A stretch of 64,000 nt of DNA from an uncultured Bacteroidota bacterium (GTDB lineage: Bacteria > Bacteroidota > Bacteroidia > Bacteroidales > VadinHA17), in contig CAWJKD010000002.1 of the NCBI GenBank assembly GCA_963843415.1, positions 770,400-834,399 of the forward strand, given 5' to 3'. Both the position numbers and the translations under genes were made by a program. The notes under the pieces were generated by a model that had not been told where the DNA came from, did not search any database, and was given only the letters and a program-made list of their open reading frames with translations. Positions 10,273 to 19,500 of the stretch are shown here, in pieces; position 1 is the first letter of the stretch; each line of letters begins with the position of its first letter.

Positions 10273-12090
10273 ATGTATAAACGATTAATAATTAGTCTTT
10301 TAATATCTGTTGTCTTATTATCTGCCGTTTTTGCCCAAAAAGCAAAACACACTTTTTCACTGGGCACAACAGAGTTCCTTCTCGATGAAGAGCCATTCCA
10401 GATAATAAGCGGTGAATTGCATCCTGCAAGAATTCCGGTTGAGTACTGGCGACACAGGATTCAAATGGCAAAAGCTATGGGTTGTAATACAATTTCAGCT
10501 TACATTTTCTGGAATTTTCATGAAACAGAGGAAGGCGTTTTTGACTTTGCTACAGGTGCCCATAATTTAGCTGAGTTTATAAAAATTGTCCAGGATGAAG
10601 ATATGTGGCTGATATTAAGACCTGGTCCTTACGTTTCCGCAGAATGGGAACTGGGCGGGATCCCTCCTTATCTGCTGCGTATTCCGGATATAAAACTCAG
10701 AAGTATGGATCAGAGATATATGATTGCAGCTGAACGCTATCTTACCCGGCTGGCAGATGAGATCAGACCATATCAGATAACGAAAGGTGGCCCTTTGCTG
10801 ATGATACAAATTGAAAATGAATATGGAAGCTTTGGTAATGACCGCAATTATTTATTGAAAATAAAAGAAATCTGGTCTGCAGCCGGGATTACTATCCCGA
10901 CTTTTACAGGAGATGGTCCGGCATCAGGTATCCTGGAAGCCGGGACACTCCCCGGAAGTGCTGTCGGCCTGAATTCCGGAAGTTCTTCTGCCGACTTTGA
11001 ACTGGCTTCGAAAATAAATCCAGGGGTGCCTGTTTTCAGCAGCGAGACATATGCAGGATGGATTACTCATTGGGGTGGGGAATGGGCAGAACGTGATACT
11101 GCAGAACTTCTAAAGGAAGTAAAATTCCTGATGGATAACAGAAAATCATTCAATCTCTATGTAATACATGGAGGTACCAATTTTGGTTTTACTGCGGGCG
11201 CAAATTCAAATGATAAAGAAGGTTATCAACCTGATGTAACAAGTTATAACTATGATGCACCGATTAATGAGCAGGGCCAGCCTACGTATAAATATATGGC
11301 ACTTCGTAAACTCATCGGGTCGTACCTTCCTAAAAAGCAAAAACTTCCGCCGGTTCCTGCCACCAGTCCCGCAATAGAAATACCGTATCTCTTCCCTACA
11401 CGGTTTACCTCTGTCTGGGATTACCTGCCTCAGCCGGTTATTTCAGAGATACCAAAATCCTTTGAAGCTTTCGGACAGGATTATGGATTCATTCTTTATG
11501 AAACGGAAATTGTTGATTATTCAAAAGGGATCCTGAAAGTGGACAATATTCACGATTATGCAACACTGTTTTTGAACGGAGAATATATTGGGAAACTTAA
11601 CAGAATGGAAGGGATAGACACAATCAGCTTGCCGGAGAGCAAGATCCCAAATCCTAAGCTGGAAATTCTTGTCGAAGCTATGGGCCGGGTCAGTTATGGT
11701 CAGAATATGCTTGACATGAAGGGTATCACAGAGAGCATCACCCTTAATGGAACAGTTTTAAAGAACTGGAAGATATTTAATCTTCCTATGGACAGAAAAT
11801 TCATTTACGACCTTCGTTCAAAAGGGAAGGCAGTGAATAAACCAGGTATTTTCTACAAAGGTAATGTCTCTCTGGCAATAGTCGGTGACACATATTTTGA
11901 TCTCTCAGGTTACACAAAAGGTATCGTATGGGTCAACGGAAATAATATCGGAAGGTACTGGAATATAGGACCTCAAAAAAAGCTCTTTTGCCCGGCTTCT
12001 TTTTTAAGACTGGGAATGAACGAGATACTAATCTTTGACATTCATCAGGTTGAAGCGAAACCAGTAATCGGGGTAACGACTTTAGAGTGA
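10273..12090 (+). CDS. beta-galactosidase, glycoside hydrolase family 35
   Basis: GH35 N-terminal block FLLDEEPFQIISGELHPARIP...WRHRIQMAKAMGCNTISAYIFWNFHE and catalytic region IQIENEYG. A signal peptide follows the ATG at 10273. Confidence 0.9.
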   Translation: MYKRLIISLLISVVLLSAVFAQKAKHTFSLGTTEFLLDEEPFQIISGELHPARIPVEYWRHRIQMAKAMGCNTISAYIFWNFHETEEGVFDFATGAHNLAEFIKIVQDEDMWLILRPGPYVSAEWELGGIPPYLLRIPDIKLRSMDQRYMIAAERYLTRLADEIRPYQITKGGPLLMIQIENEYGSFGNDRNYLLKIKEIWSAAGITIPTFTGDGPASGILEAGTLPGSAVGLNSGSSSADFELASKINPGVPVFSSETYAGWITHWGGEWAERDTAELLKEVKFLMDNRKSFNLYVIHGGTNFGFTAGANSNDKEGYQPDVTSYNYDAPINEQGQPTYKYMALRKLIGSYLPKKQKLPPVPATSPAIEIPYLFPTRFTSVWDYLPQPVISEIPKSFEAFGQDYGFILYETEIVDYSKGILKVDNIHDYATLFLNGEYIGKLNRMEGIDTISLPESKIPNPKLEILVEAMGRVSYGQNMLDMKGITESITLNGTVLKNWKIFNLPMDRKFIYDLRSKGKAVNKPGIFYKGNVSLAIVGDTYFDLSGYTKGIVWVNGNNIGRYWNIGPQKKLFCPASFLRLGMNEILIFDIHQVEAKPVIGVTTLE

Positions 12091-12160
12091 TAAGGCATAA
12101 CGGCGCAACGGCATAACGGCACAACGGCATTACGGCGTAAAGGCTCAACGGCGCAAAGGT
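12089..12160 (+). repeat. tandem array of nine degenerate 8-bp units (consensus RYAACGGC)
   Basis: gataaggc ataacggc gcaacggc ataacggc acaacggc attacggc gtaaaggc tcaacggc gcaaaggt. The array starts inside the GH35 stop codon. Confidence 0.9.
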
Positions 12161-12196
12161 TATGAATAAATAAGCTTAGAATAATTCAGATATGAG

Positions 12197-13393
12197 ATGA
12201 AAAACTATAAAGCTTTATTTACAGTAGTTATTGGATCGATGATCCTGCTATTTGCAGCAACTGCCTGCCGGAACACGAAAAACAAAAAGAATGAAAATTC
12301 CGGTAAATGGTCGGTGAGGATGGCTGATAATGTAATTAAGCAAGCGGACAGCCTGATCAATTATGTATCGGGTAGGCCAAAGTGGGCTTATGACGTAGCT
12401 TTTCTTGGAATTGCAATTGACAAACTTGGTGAAACAGACCCAAAATACTCTGAATATATGGAAGACTGGGTGAATTACTTTGTGAGGGAAGACGGCTCAG
12501 TCATCGATTACAGCATTGAAGAGTATAACCTTGACAGGATTTTACCGGGAAGAAATGTGATGACAGTCTACAGAAGATTTCCCCAGCCGGAATATAAGAT
12601 AGCACTGGATAATTTTATTGAGCAGTTGAAAACACACCCCAAAACCAAATCAGGTGGTTACTGGCATAAGAAAATATATCCATGGCAGATGTGGCTTGAT
12701 GGAATATTTATGGGTTCAACCTATATGGTTCAGTATGCAAAGGAGTTTAATGCTCCCGAATGGTTCGATGTTGCAACTACAAACACCAAAATGATATATG
12801 AAAAGACAGTTGATCCTGAATCAGGGCTATTGATGCACGCCTGGGATGAGAGCCGTCAGCAAAAATGGTGTGATCCGGCTACCGGAAAATCACTTTACCC
12901 CTGGAGCCGTGCAATTGGCTGGTATTCAATGGCTATCATTGATATTCTCGATTATCTTCCTGCAGATCACCCTGACAGGGACGACCTGATAACAATCCTG
13001 CGGAACACCTGTGAAGCACTTTTGAAAGTACGTGATCCGGAAAAAGGTCTCTGGTACCAGGTGCTAAATTACGGAGGGAGAGAAGGTAATTATCTTGAAG
13101 GATCCGGTTCAGCTATGTACACTTATGTTTTTGCAAAGGGTGCAAAGCTCGGATATCTGGATAAGAAATACCTTGAAATTGCAAACAGCGCTTTCGATGC
13201 CATCATAAAAGAACTGATCACGGTTGATGAAAATGGAAAAATAACTATGCATGATATTTGCGGAGGTTGCGGATTGGGAGGAAATCCATACAGGGATGGA
13301 TCATATGAGTATTATATTGGAGAAAAACGGGTTGACAATGATACAAAAGGAGTAGCCCCTTTCATACTTGCAGCTATAGAACTTGACAGATAA
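12197..13393 (+). CDS. unsaturated rhamnogalacturonyl hydrolase (GH105/GH88 family)
   Basis: Lipoprotein-like signal (AATAC). GH105-type block WQMWLDGIFMGSTYMVQYA and WSRAIGWYSMAIID. Confidence 0.85.
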   Translation: MKNYKALFTVVIGSMILLFAATACRNTKNKKNENSGKWSVRMADNVIKQADSLINYVSGRPKWAYDVAFLGIAIDKLGETDPKYSEYMEDWVNYFVREDGSVIDYSIEEYNLDRILPGRNVMTVYRRFPQPEYKIALDNFIEQLKTHPKTKSGGYWHKKIYPWQMWLDGIFMGSTYMVQYAKEFNAPEWFDVATTNTKMIYEKTVDPESGLLMHAWDESRQQKWCDPATGKSLYPWSRAIGWYSMAIIDILDYLPADHPDRDDLITILRNTCEALLKVRDPEKGLWYQVLNYGGREGNYLEGSGSAMYTYVFAKGAKLGYLDKKYLEIANSAFDAIIKELITVDENGKITMHDICGGCGLGGNPYRDGSYEYYIGEKRVDNDTKGVAPFILAAIELDR

Positions 13394-13426
13394 ATTATCG
13401 TGAAACAGCTATTGTCTTGAATGGTT

Positions 13427-13894
13427 TCACCAGCTTTTGTAAGGCTTTTTGGAGAGCATCGAGTTATAGTAACGTGGATCGCCCGTAACCTCTTCACCGA
13501 GCCAAAGGGGTCTCACAAATATTTCATCTTCGCTGGCAAGCTCAACTTCAGCTACCAGAAGACCGGCATTATTCCCTTCGAATTCGTCTACCTCAAAAAT
13601 ATGTTTCCCGCAAGGTATTTCATAACGTATCTTTATGATAATATCCGGCTCACACAGGTTAAGAAGCTCTTCAGCTTCCTTTACCGGGATCTCCTTTTCC
13701 CACTCAAAACGGCTAACTCCTGAAACGTCAGCTTCGCCTTTTATTGTTATGAAACCTTTATTCCCCTTGATACGAATCCTGACAATACGTCCGGGAACGG
13801 AAGACAGATACCCCTGAAAGATCCTGGTAGCGTTTCTGGCTTCAGTCCTGAATTCTCCTTTAATAAGGAACTTCCTTTCTATTTCCTGTGGCAA
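13427..13894 (-). CDS. CYTH-domain (triphosphate tunnel metalloenzyme) protein
   Basis: The N-terminal EIERKFL motif is diagnostic of CYTH. Size is 155 aa. Confidence 0.75.
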   Translation of the reverse strand: MPQEIERKFLIKGEFRTEARNATRIFQGYLSSVPGRIVRIRIKGNKGFITIKGEADVSGVSRFEWEKEIPVKEAEELLNLCEPDIIIKIRYEIPCGKHIFEVDEFEGNNAGLLVAEVELASEDEIFVRPLWLGEEVTGDPRYYNSMLSKKPYKSW

Positions 13895-13927
13895 TATTTA
13901 AGGTTTATGTATTAGGCGGGGGGAAGG

Positions 13928-15181
13928 CTATTTAATAGCAAACAGTCTGCATATATGTCTGTTATACATGTTTTCAAAGACGCATTGAGCGACTGTATCC
14001 TTGTTTGAATCCAGTAATCCCAAAAATTCGTCCATCCTCTGAGCTGCAAGCTTATATGCTACATGAATCAGTTGCCTCATGTTTGGATTGTAATCGAGGT
14101 TACCGGGAACGTGCCTCAGAGAGTCAGCATACTTTTTTCTGCTCCAGCCGGAGACAACCTTTTTTGAAGGTAGTTTTGAAATATTTATGTCAATTACATC
14201 GGCATATGGTGCACATAATTCTTCAGTCATTTCAAGTGATTTAAAATAAATCTCTTTTACGAAATCAAGTGCTTCTCCACCTGATACTGCTAGCCCTGTC
14301 ACCTCTTCAAGCCATGTTGTACCTGCTGTCTTTAGATGGATCCCCTTATTATGTTTCCTGATTATTGAACCGATGTAAGGATAAATGGCAAATTTATCTG
14401 ATCCTGAATGGATGCTCATTTTTAGATTATCAGGAAGCCCAAATTCCCTGACAGCATAATCAATTACCATAAGATCCGATTCAAATTCCTGAGCAAATTT
14501 ATCAGGGTCGCCCACATAATCGACTCCCTTATTGAATCTGCCAGAAAATTTTGGAGCAATAGTTTGTGCAGGGATACTCTTCTCTCCCAGCATTTTTAAA
14601 ATAAAGAAAAGTTCAACAGGTGTCTGGGGAAGTGGAACTTCGTCCATCGATACCTCAGTCACAAAATTTCCTTTCCCTTTAGCGTTTTCTATCTTTCCGT
14701 AAATCTCCCGGGCTTTAACAGCAGCAAAAAGATACTTTTCTGCAATGCTCCTGATCTGGCTTGCTGATATTTCAAGAGGTTTTTGAATACCGGGTATTTT
14801 TAAAAGGCCTGAATATTTCAGAGCGCCATCTACAAATTTATCGATCTCAGCATTTTCAGCTTTTTTACCAATATATGAAGCAACATCGATCGTAAAGAAA
14901 TCGGAACATTCGATAAACCTGTCAACTGTATCGAGGTTAATATGATCAGCATCAACAAAATACTGATTTATGAAACCTGCCTTTTTTGTCACGTTATCAG
15001 CCTCTGTCCTTACATCAGCTGGCTGCGTCCCGATTATCAAATGTTCCCGGTTTGACTTATTCCAGACTGGAGTTATACCGATGCCTTTTTTGCAGGCTTG
15101 AATAATGGCATCAAGCTGTGCACTACCCTGGCGACCAAATCTGTCGCCCATGCCCAGGGAGAATTTTTCAAGTGTTTTCAT
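13928..15181 (-). CDS. uxaE: tagaturonate/fructuronate epimerase
   Basis: The blocks SIHSGSDKFAIYP, HLKTAGTTWLEEV and MRQLIHVAY match my recollection of Thermotoga UxaE (SLHSGSDKFSVYP, HVKTAGTSYLEAV, VRQLIHVTY). Confidence 0.75.
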   Translation of the reverse strand: MKTLEKFSLGMGDRFGRQGSAQLDAIIQACKKGIGITPVWNKSNREHLIIGTQPADVRTEADNVTKKAGFINQYFVDADHINLDTVDRFIECSDFFTIDVASYIGKKAENAEIDKFVDGALKYSGLLKIPGIQKPLEISASQIRSIAEKYLFAAVKAREIYGKIENAKGKGNFVTEVSMDEVPLPQTPVELFFILKMLGEKSIPAQTIAPKFSGRFNKGVDYVGDPDKFAQEFESDLMVIDYAVREFGLPDNLKMSIHSGSDKFAIYPYIGSIIRKHNKGIHLKTAGTTWLEEVTGLAVSGGEALDFVKEIYFKSLEMTEELCAPYADVIDINISKLPSKKVVSGWSRKKYADSLRHVPGNLDYNPNMRQLIHVAYKLAAQRMDEFLGLLDSNKDTVAQCVFENMYNRHICRLFAIK

Positions 15182-15209
15182 CTTTTAGAGAGCATTCCAG
15201 TTTAATTAT

Positions 15210-16610
15210 TTAAATATCTTCAACCCGTTTCATCTTCGGAACCAGAAAATGCATCAGAATCCATGCTCCCAGATATGCTATTCCGCAAAAGACGAACAAT
15301 ATTGCATAACCAACTTCAATTTTATTAAGAACAGTATAATGCTTCAGAAGAAGACCTGCAGCTTGTGCTATCAGGATTCCGCCAACTGCTCCGGCCATAC
15401 CACCAATACCTGTGACAGAAGCCACAGCTTTTTTTGGGAACATATCCGATACAGTGGTAAAGATGTTCGCCGACCACGCCTGGTGAGCCGCGCAGGCAAT
15501 ACCAATGACAAGTACTGCATACCAGGTATTAAACTTACCCAACCAGCTGGCTAAAAGGACTGTGAGTGGGAACAATGCATAGATGAACATAGATGTTTTC
15601 CGTGCTTTATAAGTCGGCATACCTCCATTTATGAACTTTTTGGGTAACCACCCTCCATAAACAGATCCGATAGTTGAGATCGTATAGACTACTGCCACCG
15701 CCAGAGTCCAGGTAATTATTCCTGGAATATCTGAACTATTTCCGCTAAAATCAGGGTTCAATGCCCTGAAACTTTCAATTTTCCTTGCATTTTCACCGTT
15801 CATGAATGAAGGAAGCCAAAATAAATAAAACCACCATACAGGATCTGTGAGAAATTTCCCAAAGAAGAATGACCAGGTCTGGCGATAGGTCAGAAGCTTT
15901 AACCAGGAGACTTTTTCTGTGACCCTTTTTTCATCAGCTTTTTCATCCATATCGCTGTGGATGTAATCATATTCAGCCTGAGTCAGCTTGCCTGTCTTAA
16001 GTTTTTGTTCAGGAGAAGCATATGTCCGAAACCAGAAATATAACCAGGCAAGGCCTATAACCCCTACCGAAATAAAAGCCCAACGCCAGCCCCAATGTAC
16101 AGCTATCCAGGGAATAAAGAGAGGTGTGACTATTGCTCCGATATTTGCCCCTGAATTGTATATCCCTGTGGCATAAGCCCTTTCCTTTTTTGGAAACCAT
16201 TCTGCTATTGTTTTGTTAGCTGCCGGAAAATTACCTGCCTCAGTGAATCCCAGAGCTGCACGCCAGGCTCCGAATGATAAAGTGTTATGAGCAAGAGCGT
16301 GACCAATGGCAGCAATACTCCAACCCAGTAGTGAGAATGCATAACCTCTTTTTGTGCCAATCCAGTCAATGAATCTGCCAGCTATTGTCATTCCGATAGC
16401 GTACGCAATCTGAAAACTCATCACAACCCAGGAATAATATAGTTCCTGATTAGCCTTGTCAGCGCCAAAAATACCTAACTCGGAAAGGGTTGGTTTTAAA
16501 AGACCTAATACATTTCTGTCAAAATAGTTTACTGTTGTAGCGAAAAAAACAAGTGCACAGATTGTCCACCTGTATTTTCCGATTTTTTCGTTGATTGTAG
16601 CCAAAGACAT
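15210..16610 (-). CDS. exuT: MFS hexuronate transporter
   Basis: A 12-TM MFS protein. The N-terminus YRWTICALVFFATTVNYFDRNVLG is typical of ExuT-type transporters, and the gene sits in a uronate operon. Confidence 0.8.
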   Translation of the reverse strand: MSLATINEKIGKYRWTICALVFFATTVNYFDRNVLGLLKPTLSELGIFGADKANQELYYSWVVMSFQIAYAIGMTIAGRFIDWIGTKRGYAFSLLGWSIAAIGHALAHNTLSFGAWRAALGFTEAGNFPAANKTIAEWFPKKERAYATGIYNSGANIGAIVTPLFIPWIAVHWGWRWAFISVGVIGLAWLYFWFRTYASPEQKLKTGKLTQAEYDYIHSDMDEKADEKRVTEKVSWLKLLTYRQTWSFFFGKFLTDPVWWFYLFWLPSFMNGENARKIESFRALNPDFSGNSSDIPGIITWTLAVAVVYTISTIGSVYGGWLPKKFINGGMPTYKARKTSMFIYALFPLTVLLASWLGKFNTWYAVLVIGIACAAHQAWSANIFTTVSDMFPKKAVASVTGIGGMAGAVGGILIAQAAGLLLKHYTVLNKIEVGYAILFVFCGIAYLGAWILMHFLVPKMKRVEDI

Positions 16611-16631
16611 AATTATATCGATTAGACAGAA

Positions 16632-18086
16632 TTAAATATTATAAGTTGATGAAGCGGTTGTGCCCCCGCGTCCGGTCCAGTTTGTATGGAAAAACTCACC
16701 TCTTGGTTTATCTTTACGCTCATAAGTGTGCGCCCCGAAATAATCACGCTGGGCTTGCAAAAGATTAGCCGGAAGATTTTCGCACCTGTATCCGTCATAG
16801 TAGCCCAGAGCAGAGGAGATTGCCGGAACCGGTATACCATTCGTTACAGCTGCCGATACGACATTTCTCCATCCCTGCTGCGCTTCTTCAACTTTATCCT
16901 TAAAGAAGGGATCAAGAAGCAGATTGGTGATTGAAGGGTTATTATCAAAAGCCTCTTTAATCTTTCCAAGGAAAACAGACCTGATAATACAGCCACCCCT
17001 CCACATAAGCGCAATGCCTCCGTAATTCAGATCCCAGTTGTATTCAACAGCAGCCGCTCTCATAAGTGAATAACCCTGTGCATATGACACTATCTTTGAT
17101 GCATATAGAGCATCTTTAAGATCATTAATGAATTTTGACTTATCAGATGAATGGTCAGGAGTAGGCCCATGGAGAACTTTAGAGGCCTTTAACCTTTCTT
17201 CCTTTACTGCAGAAAGACATCTTGAAAAGACAGCTTCTCCGATTAATGTCAGTGGGATTCCATGATCAAGAGCCGCAATTACTGTCCATTTTCCTGTTCC
17301 TTTCTGTCCGGCCGTATCAAGTATCTTATCAACAAGTGGTTTACCATCCGCATCTTTGAATGCAAGAATATCTCTTGTTATCTCGATAAGGTAACTGTTG
17401 AGGTTACCGTTGTTCCATTCCTTAAAAACAAGGTGCATCTCATCAGCACTCATACCCAGCAGATCTCTCATTATCTGGTATGCTTCGCAGATGAGCTGCA
17501 TATCGCCGTATTCTATTCCGTTGTGAACCATTTTTACAAAATGACCTGCTCCGTTTTCTCCCACCCATTCACAGCAGGGAGATCCATCTTCGACTTTGGC
17601 AGCAATTGCCTGAAAAATAGGCTTGACGAAAGGCCAGGCAGCTTTTGATCCGCCGGGCATTATGGATGGCCCAAGTAAAGCTCCTTCTTCACCTCCCGAA
17701 ACACCTGTCCCTATATAAAGGAGACCTTTATTTTCAACGAATGCCGTCCGCCTGTTCGTATCCGGGAAATGAGTATTACCGCCATCAATAATTATGTCTC
17801 CGGGTTCAAGATGCGGCATGAGAGTATTTATCATTTCATCAACGGCATTCCCGGCTTTGACCATTAACATTATCTTTCTCGGCCGGCTGAGCGAACTTAC
17901 AAATTCCTCAATAGAACGAGTACCGGTTATCTTTTTTCCTTTTGCCCTTCCGGCAAGAAAATCATCTACCTTCTGTAATGTGCGGTTATAAACAGATACC
18001 TGGAAACCCTTGCTCTCCATATTAAGGACCAGATTCTCCCCCATGACCGCCAATCCTATTAAACCTATATCCGATAATTTATTCAT
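16632..18086 (-). CDS. gnd: 6-phosphogluconate dehydrogenase, decarboxylating
   Basis: Rossmann start IGLIGLAVMGENLVLN. Conserved blocks GAGHFVKMVHNGIEYGDMQLI and LLQAQRDYFGAHTYER. Length 484 aa. Confidence 0.9.
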   Translation of the reverse strand: MNKLSDIGLIGLAVMGENLVLNMESKGFQVSVYNRTLQKVDDFLAGRAKGKKITGTRSIEEFVSSLSRPRKIMLMVKAGNAVDEMINTLMPHLEPGDIIIDGGNTHFPDTNRRTAFVENKGLLYIGTGVSGGEEGALLGPSIMPGGSKAAWPFVKPIFQAIAAKVEDGSPCCEWVGENGAGHFVKMVHNGIEYGDMQLICEAYQIMRDLLGMSADEMHLVFKEWNNGNLNSYLIEITRDILAFKDADGKPLVDKILDTAGQKGTGKWTVIAALDHGIPLTLIGEAVFSRCLSAVKEERLKASKVLHGPTPDHSSDKSKFINDLKDALYASKIVSYAQGYSLMRAAAVEYNWDLNYGGIALMWRGGCIIRSVFLGKIKEAFDNNPSITNLLLDPFFKDKVEEAQQGWRNVVSAAVTNGIPVPAISSALGYYDGYRCENLPANLLQAQRDYFGAHTYERKDKPRGEFFHTNWTGRGGTTASSTYNI

Positions 18087-18143
18087 TTGTTGTACTTTTA
18101 AATATGTTCAGGTTGCAAGATTCTGATTACTATATACTTGTAA

Positions 18144-18171
18144 TTCATTGTTCATTGTTCAATGTTCAAGC
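18144..18171. repeat. four tandem 7-bp units (ttcattg ttcattg ttcaatg ttcaagc)
   Basis: Read directly from the sequence. The array spans the last codons and the stop codon of the LarA-like gene and runs into the spacer before gnd. Confidence 0.8.
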
Positions 18172-19433
18172 CTTCCTCTGGAGCTCCATAAACCCAGCGA
18201 GGGATTAGAAATATAGAAGATCTCTTCTCCGTCAGTCATTCTGTTAAAGCCATCCTTTAATCTGTCAGGATCATATTTCCGTAAAGCTTCACCCAGGTCT
18301 TTATATTTAAAGTTCACCGATTCAATCTGTTCTTGTGTGAGATGTCCGGGACAATATGTTACAGAAAATCTTCCTTCTGAGCTCCCATGAATAAGGTGCG
18401 CCGCAGCACTAAGGTTCTGGCGAAGCTCATCATTTTTGTCGACTGCCTCAAGAGTTGCCGGCGTACCTTTGTAACCATATTTTCTGATAAGCCTGTCAAT
18501 CTCATTATCCTCACCAAACTCCTTCAATCCCGGGGCAAGGACTATCAGTTCACCACCGTCATCCATTGCCATACGGGTTCTGTAGATGCTTTTGTTTCCA
18601 AGCCACGTGCTTTTATATTCGGCAGGATCAAGATAAACAACAACCTTCCTGAGCGGTTTATCAAATATTGTAAAGTTGACTTTCAGCGATAGCTCAGCCG
18701 CAAGATGGAACACTTGTTCATCATCACCGATAAAAAGCCCCCTCATAACCAGACAGTTGGATTCATCCCGCCCGATAACAGTAAGGACATATACAACAGG
18801 CAGATGAGGAATAAAGTTCTTTGCGGCATAGTTGAGCATTCTCCTGGCTGGATTATCAGCTTTCCCCATTAATTTCTCCATCCCATAGACAGCCGCAATA
18901 AAATGACTTTTATTTATACCCTCATGCCCTCCTGTTCCGACGAACAGATTTTTATTGTAATTGGCCATACCGATCACCTCATGCGGTACCACCTGGCCAA
19001 CTGACAATATGATGTCATGTCCTCCATTTATTACCAGCTTGTTGAGCTGTGCCGGCCAGGAAATGTCGAGCGCTCCGTTAGTTAACTCTGAAATAAATTT
19101 GCCATCTAGTGTTCCTACTGTAACAACATCTTTTCTCCAGTCGTGCACGCGGAAAAGTTCCAAAGGCACACCTTTGAACATCTCATTGATCTGGTGATCA
19201 GTCATGGGTGTATGTGTACCCAATGCAGGAAGTATGTCTTTCAGATTATTGCTGTAATATTTATATAAAATACTTGTGACATCCCCTGCCTGCGAATGAA
19301 TACGCGTCTGATCGGGAGGTACAACAAGAACCTTTTCCCTTTTTCCAAGTTTGTCAAGTGCGGAAAAGATGCCTTCCTCCAGCTCTTTTGAACCTATGAC
19401 GTTACCCGTTGAGCCTGATTGGTAATAGATCAT
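18159..19433 (-). CDS. LarA-like (lactate racemase / DUF2088 superfamily) putative nickel-pincer 2-hydroxyacid epimerase
   Basis: PPDQTR, LGTHTPM and VVPHEVIGMANYNK-(15 aa)-H. The His/+10 Lys/+26 His spacing equals LarA His174/Lys184/His200 as I recall them. Confidence 0.7.
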   Translation of the reverse strand: MIYYQSGSTGNVIGSKELEEGIFSALDKLGKREKVLVVPPDQTRIHSQAGDVTSILYKYYSNNLKDILPALGTHTPMTDHQINEMFKGVPLELFRVHDWRKDVVTVGTLDGKFISELTNGALDISWPAQLNKLVINGGHDIILSVGQVVPHEVIGMANYNKNLFVGTGGHEGINKSHFIAAVYGMEKLMGKADNPARRMLNYAAKNFIPHLPVVYVLTVIGRDESNCLVMRGLFIGDDEQVFHLAAELSLKVNFTIFDKPLRKVVVYLDPAEYKSTWLGNKSIYRTRMAMDDGGELIVLAPGLKEFGEDNEIDRLIRKYGYKGTPATLEAVDKNDELRQNLSAAAHLIHGSSEGRFSVTYCPGHLTQEQIESVNFKYKDLGEALRKYDPDRLKDGFNRMTDGEEIFYISNPSLGLWSSRGRLEH

Positions 19434-19500
19434 TTCCAGAATATTACAATGCTTATTACAAAATTTTCTTATGTCCCGGTGTCGGTCACAATCTGCCTGT

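Noticed and set aside
11933-12148. 71-aa minus-strand ORF
   Set aside because: Its N-terminal part is simply the translation of the 8-bp array (LYAVMPLCRYAVAPLC). The rest is antisense to the GH35 3' end.
12089-12160. CRISPR array interpretation of the tandem arrays (also 25281, 19501, 24572)
   Set aside because: The units are 7-8 bp and head-to-tail with no spacers. CRISPR repeats are 20 bp or longer and separated by unique spacers. No cas genes are present.
13400-13430. Possible terminator hairpin gtgaaac...gtttcac between the GH105 and CYTH genes
   Set aside because: It has only a 7-bp stem with a 17-nt loop, no T-run, and overlaps the CYTH stop codon. This is too weak to call.
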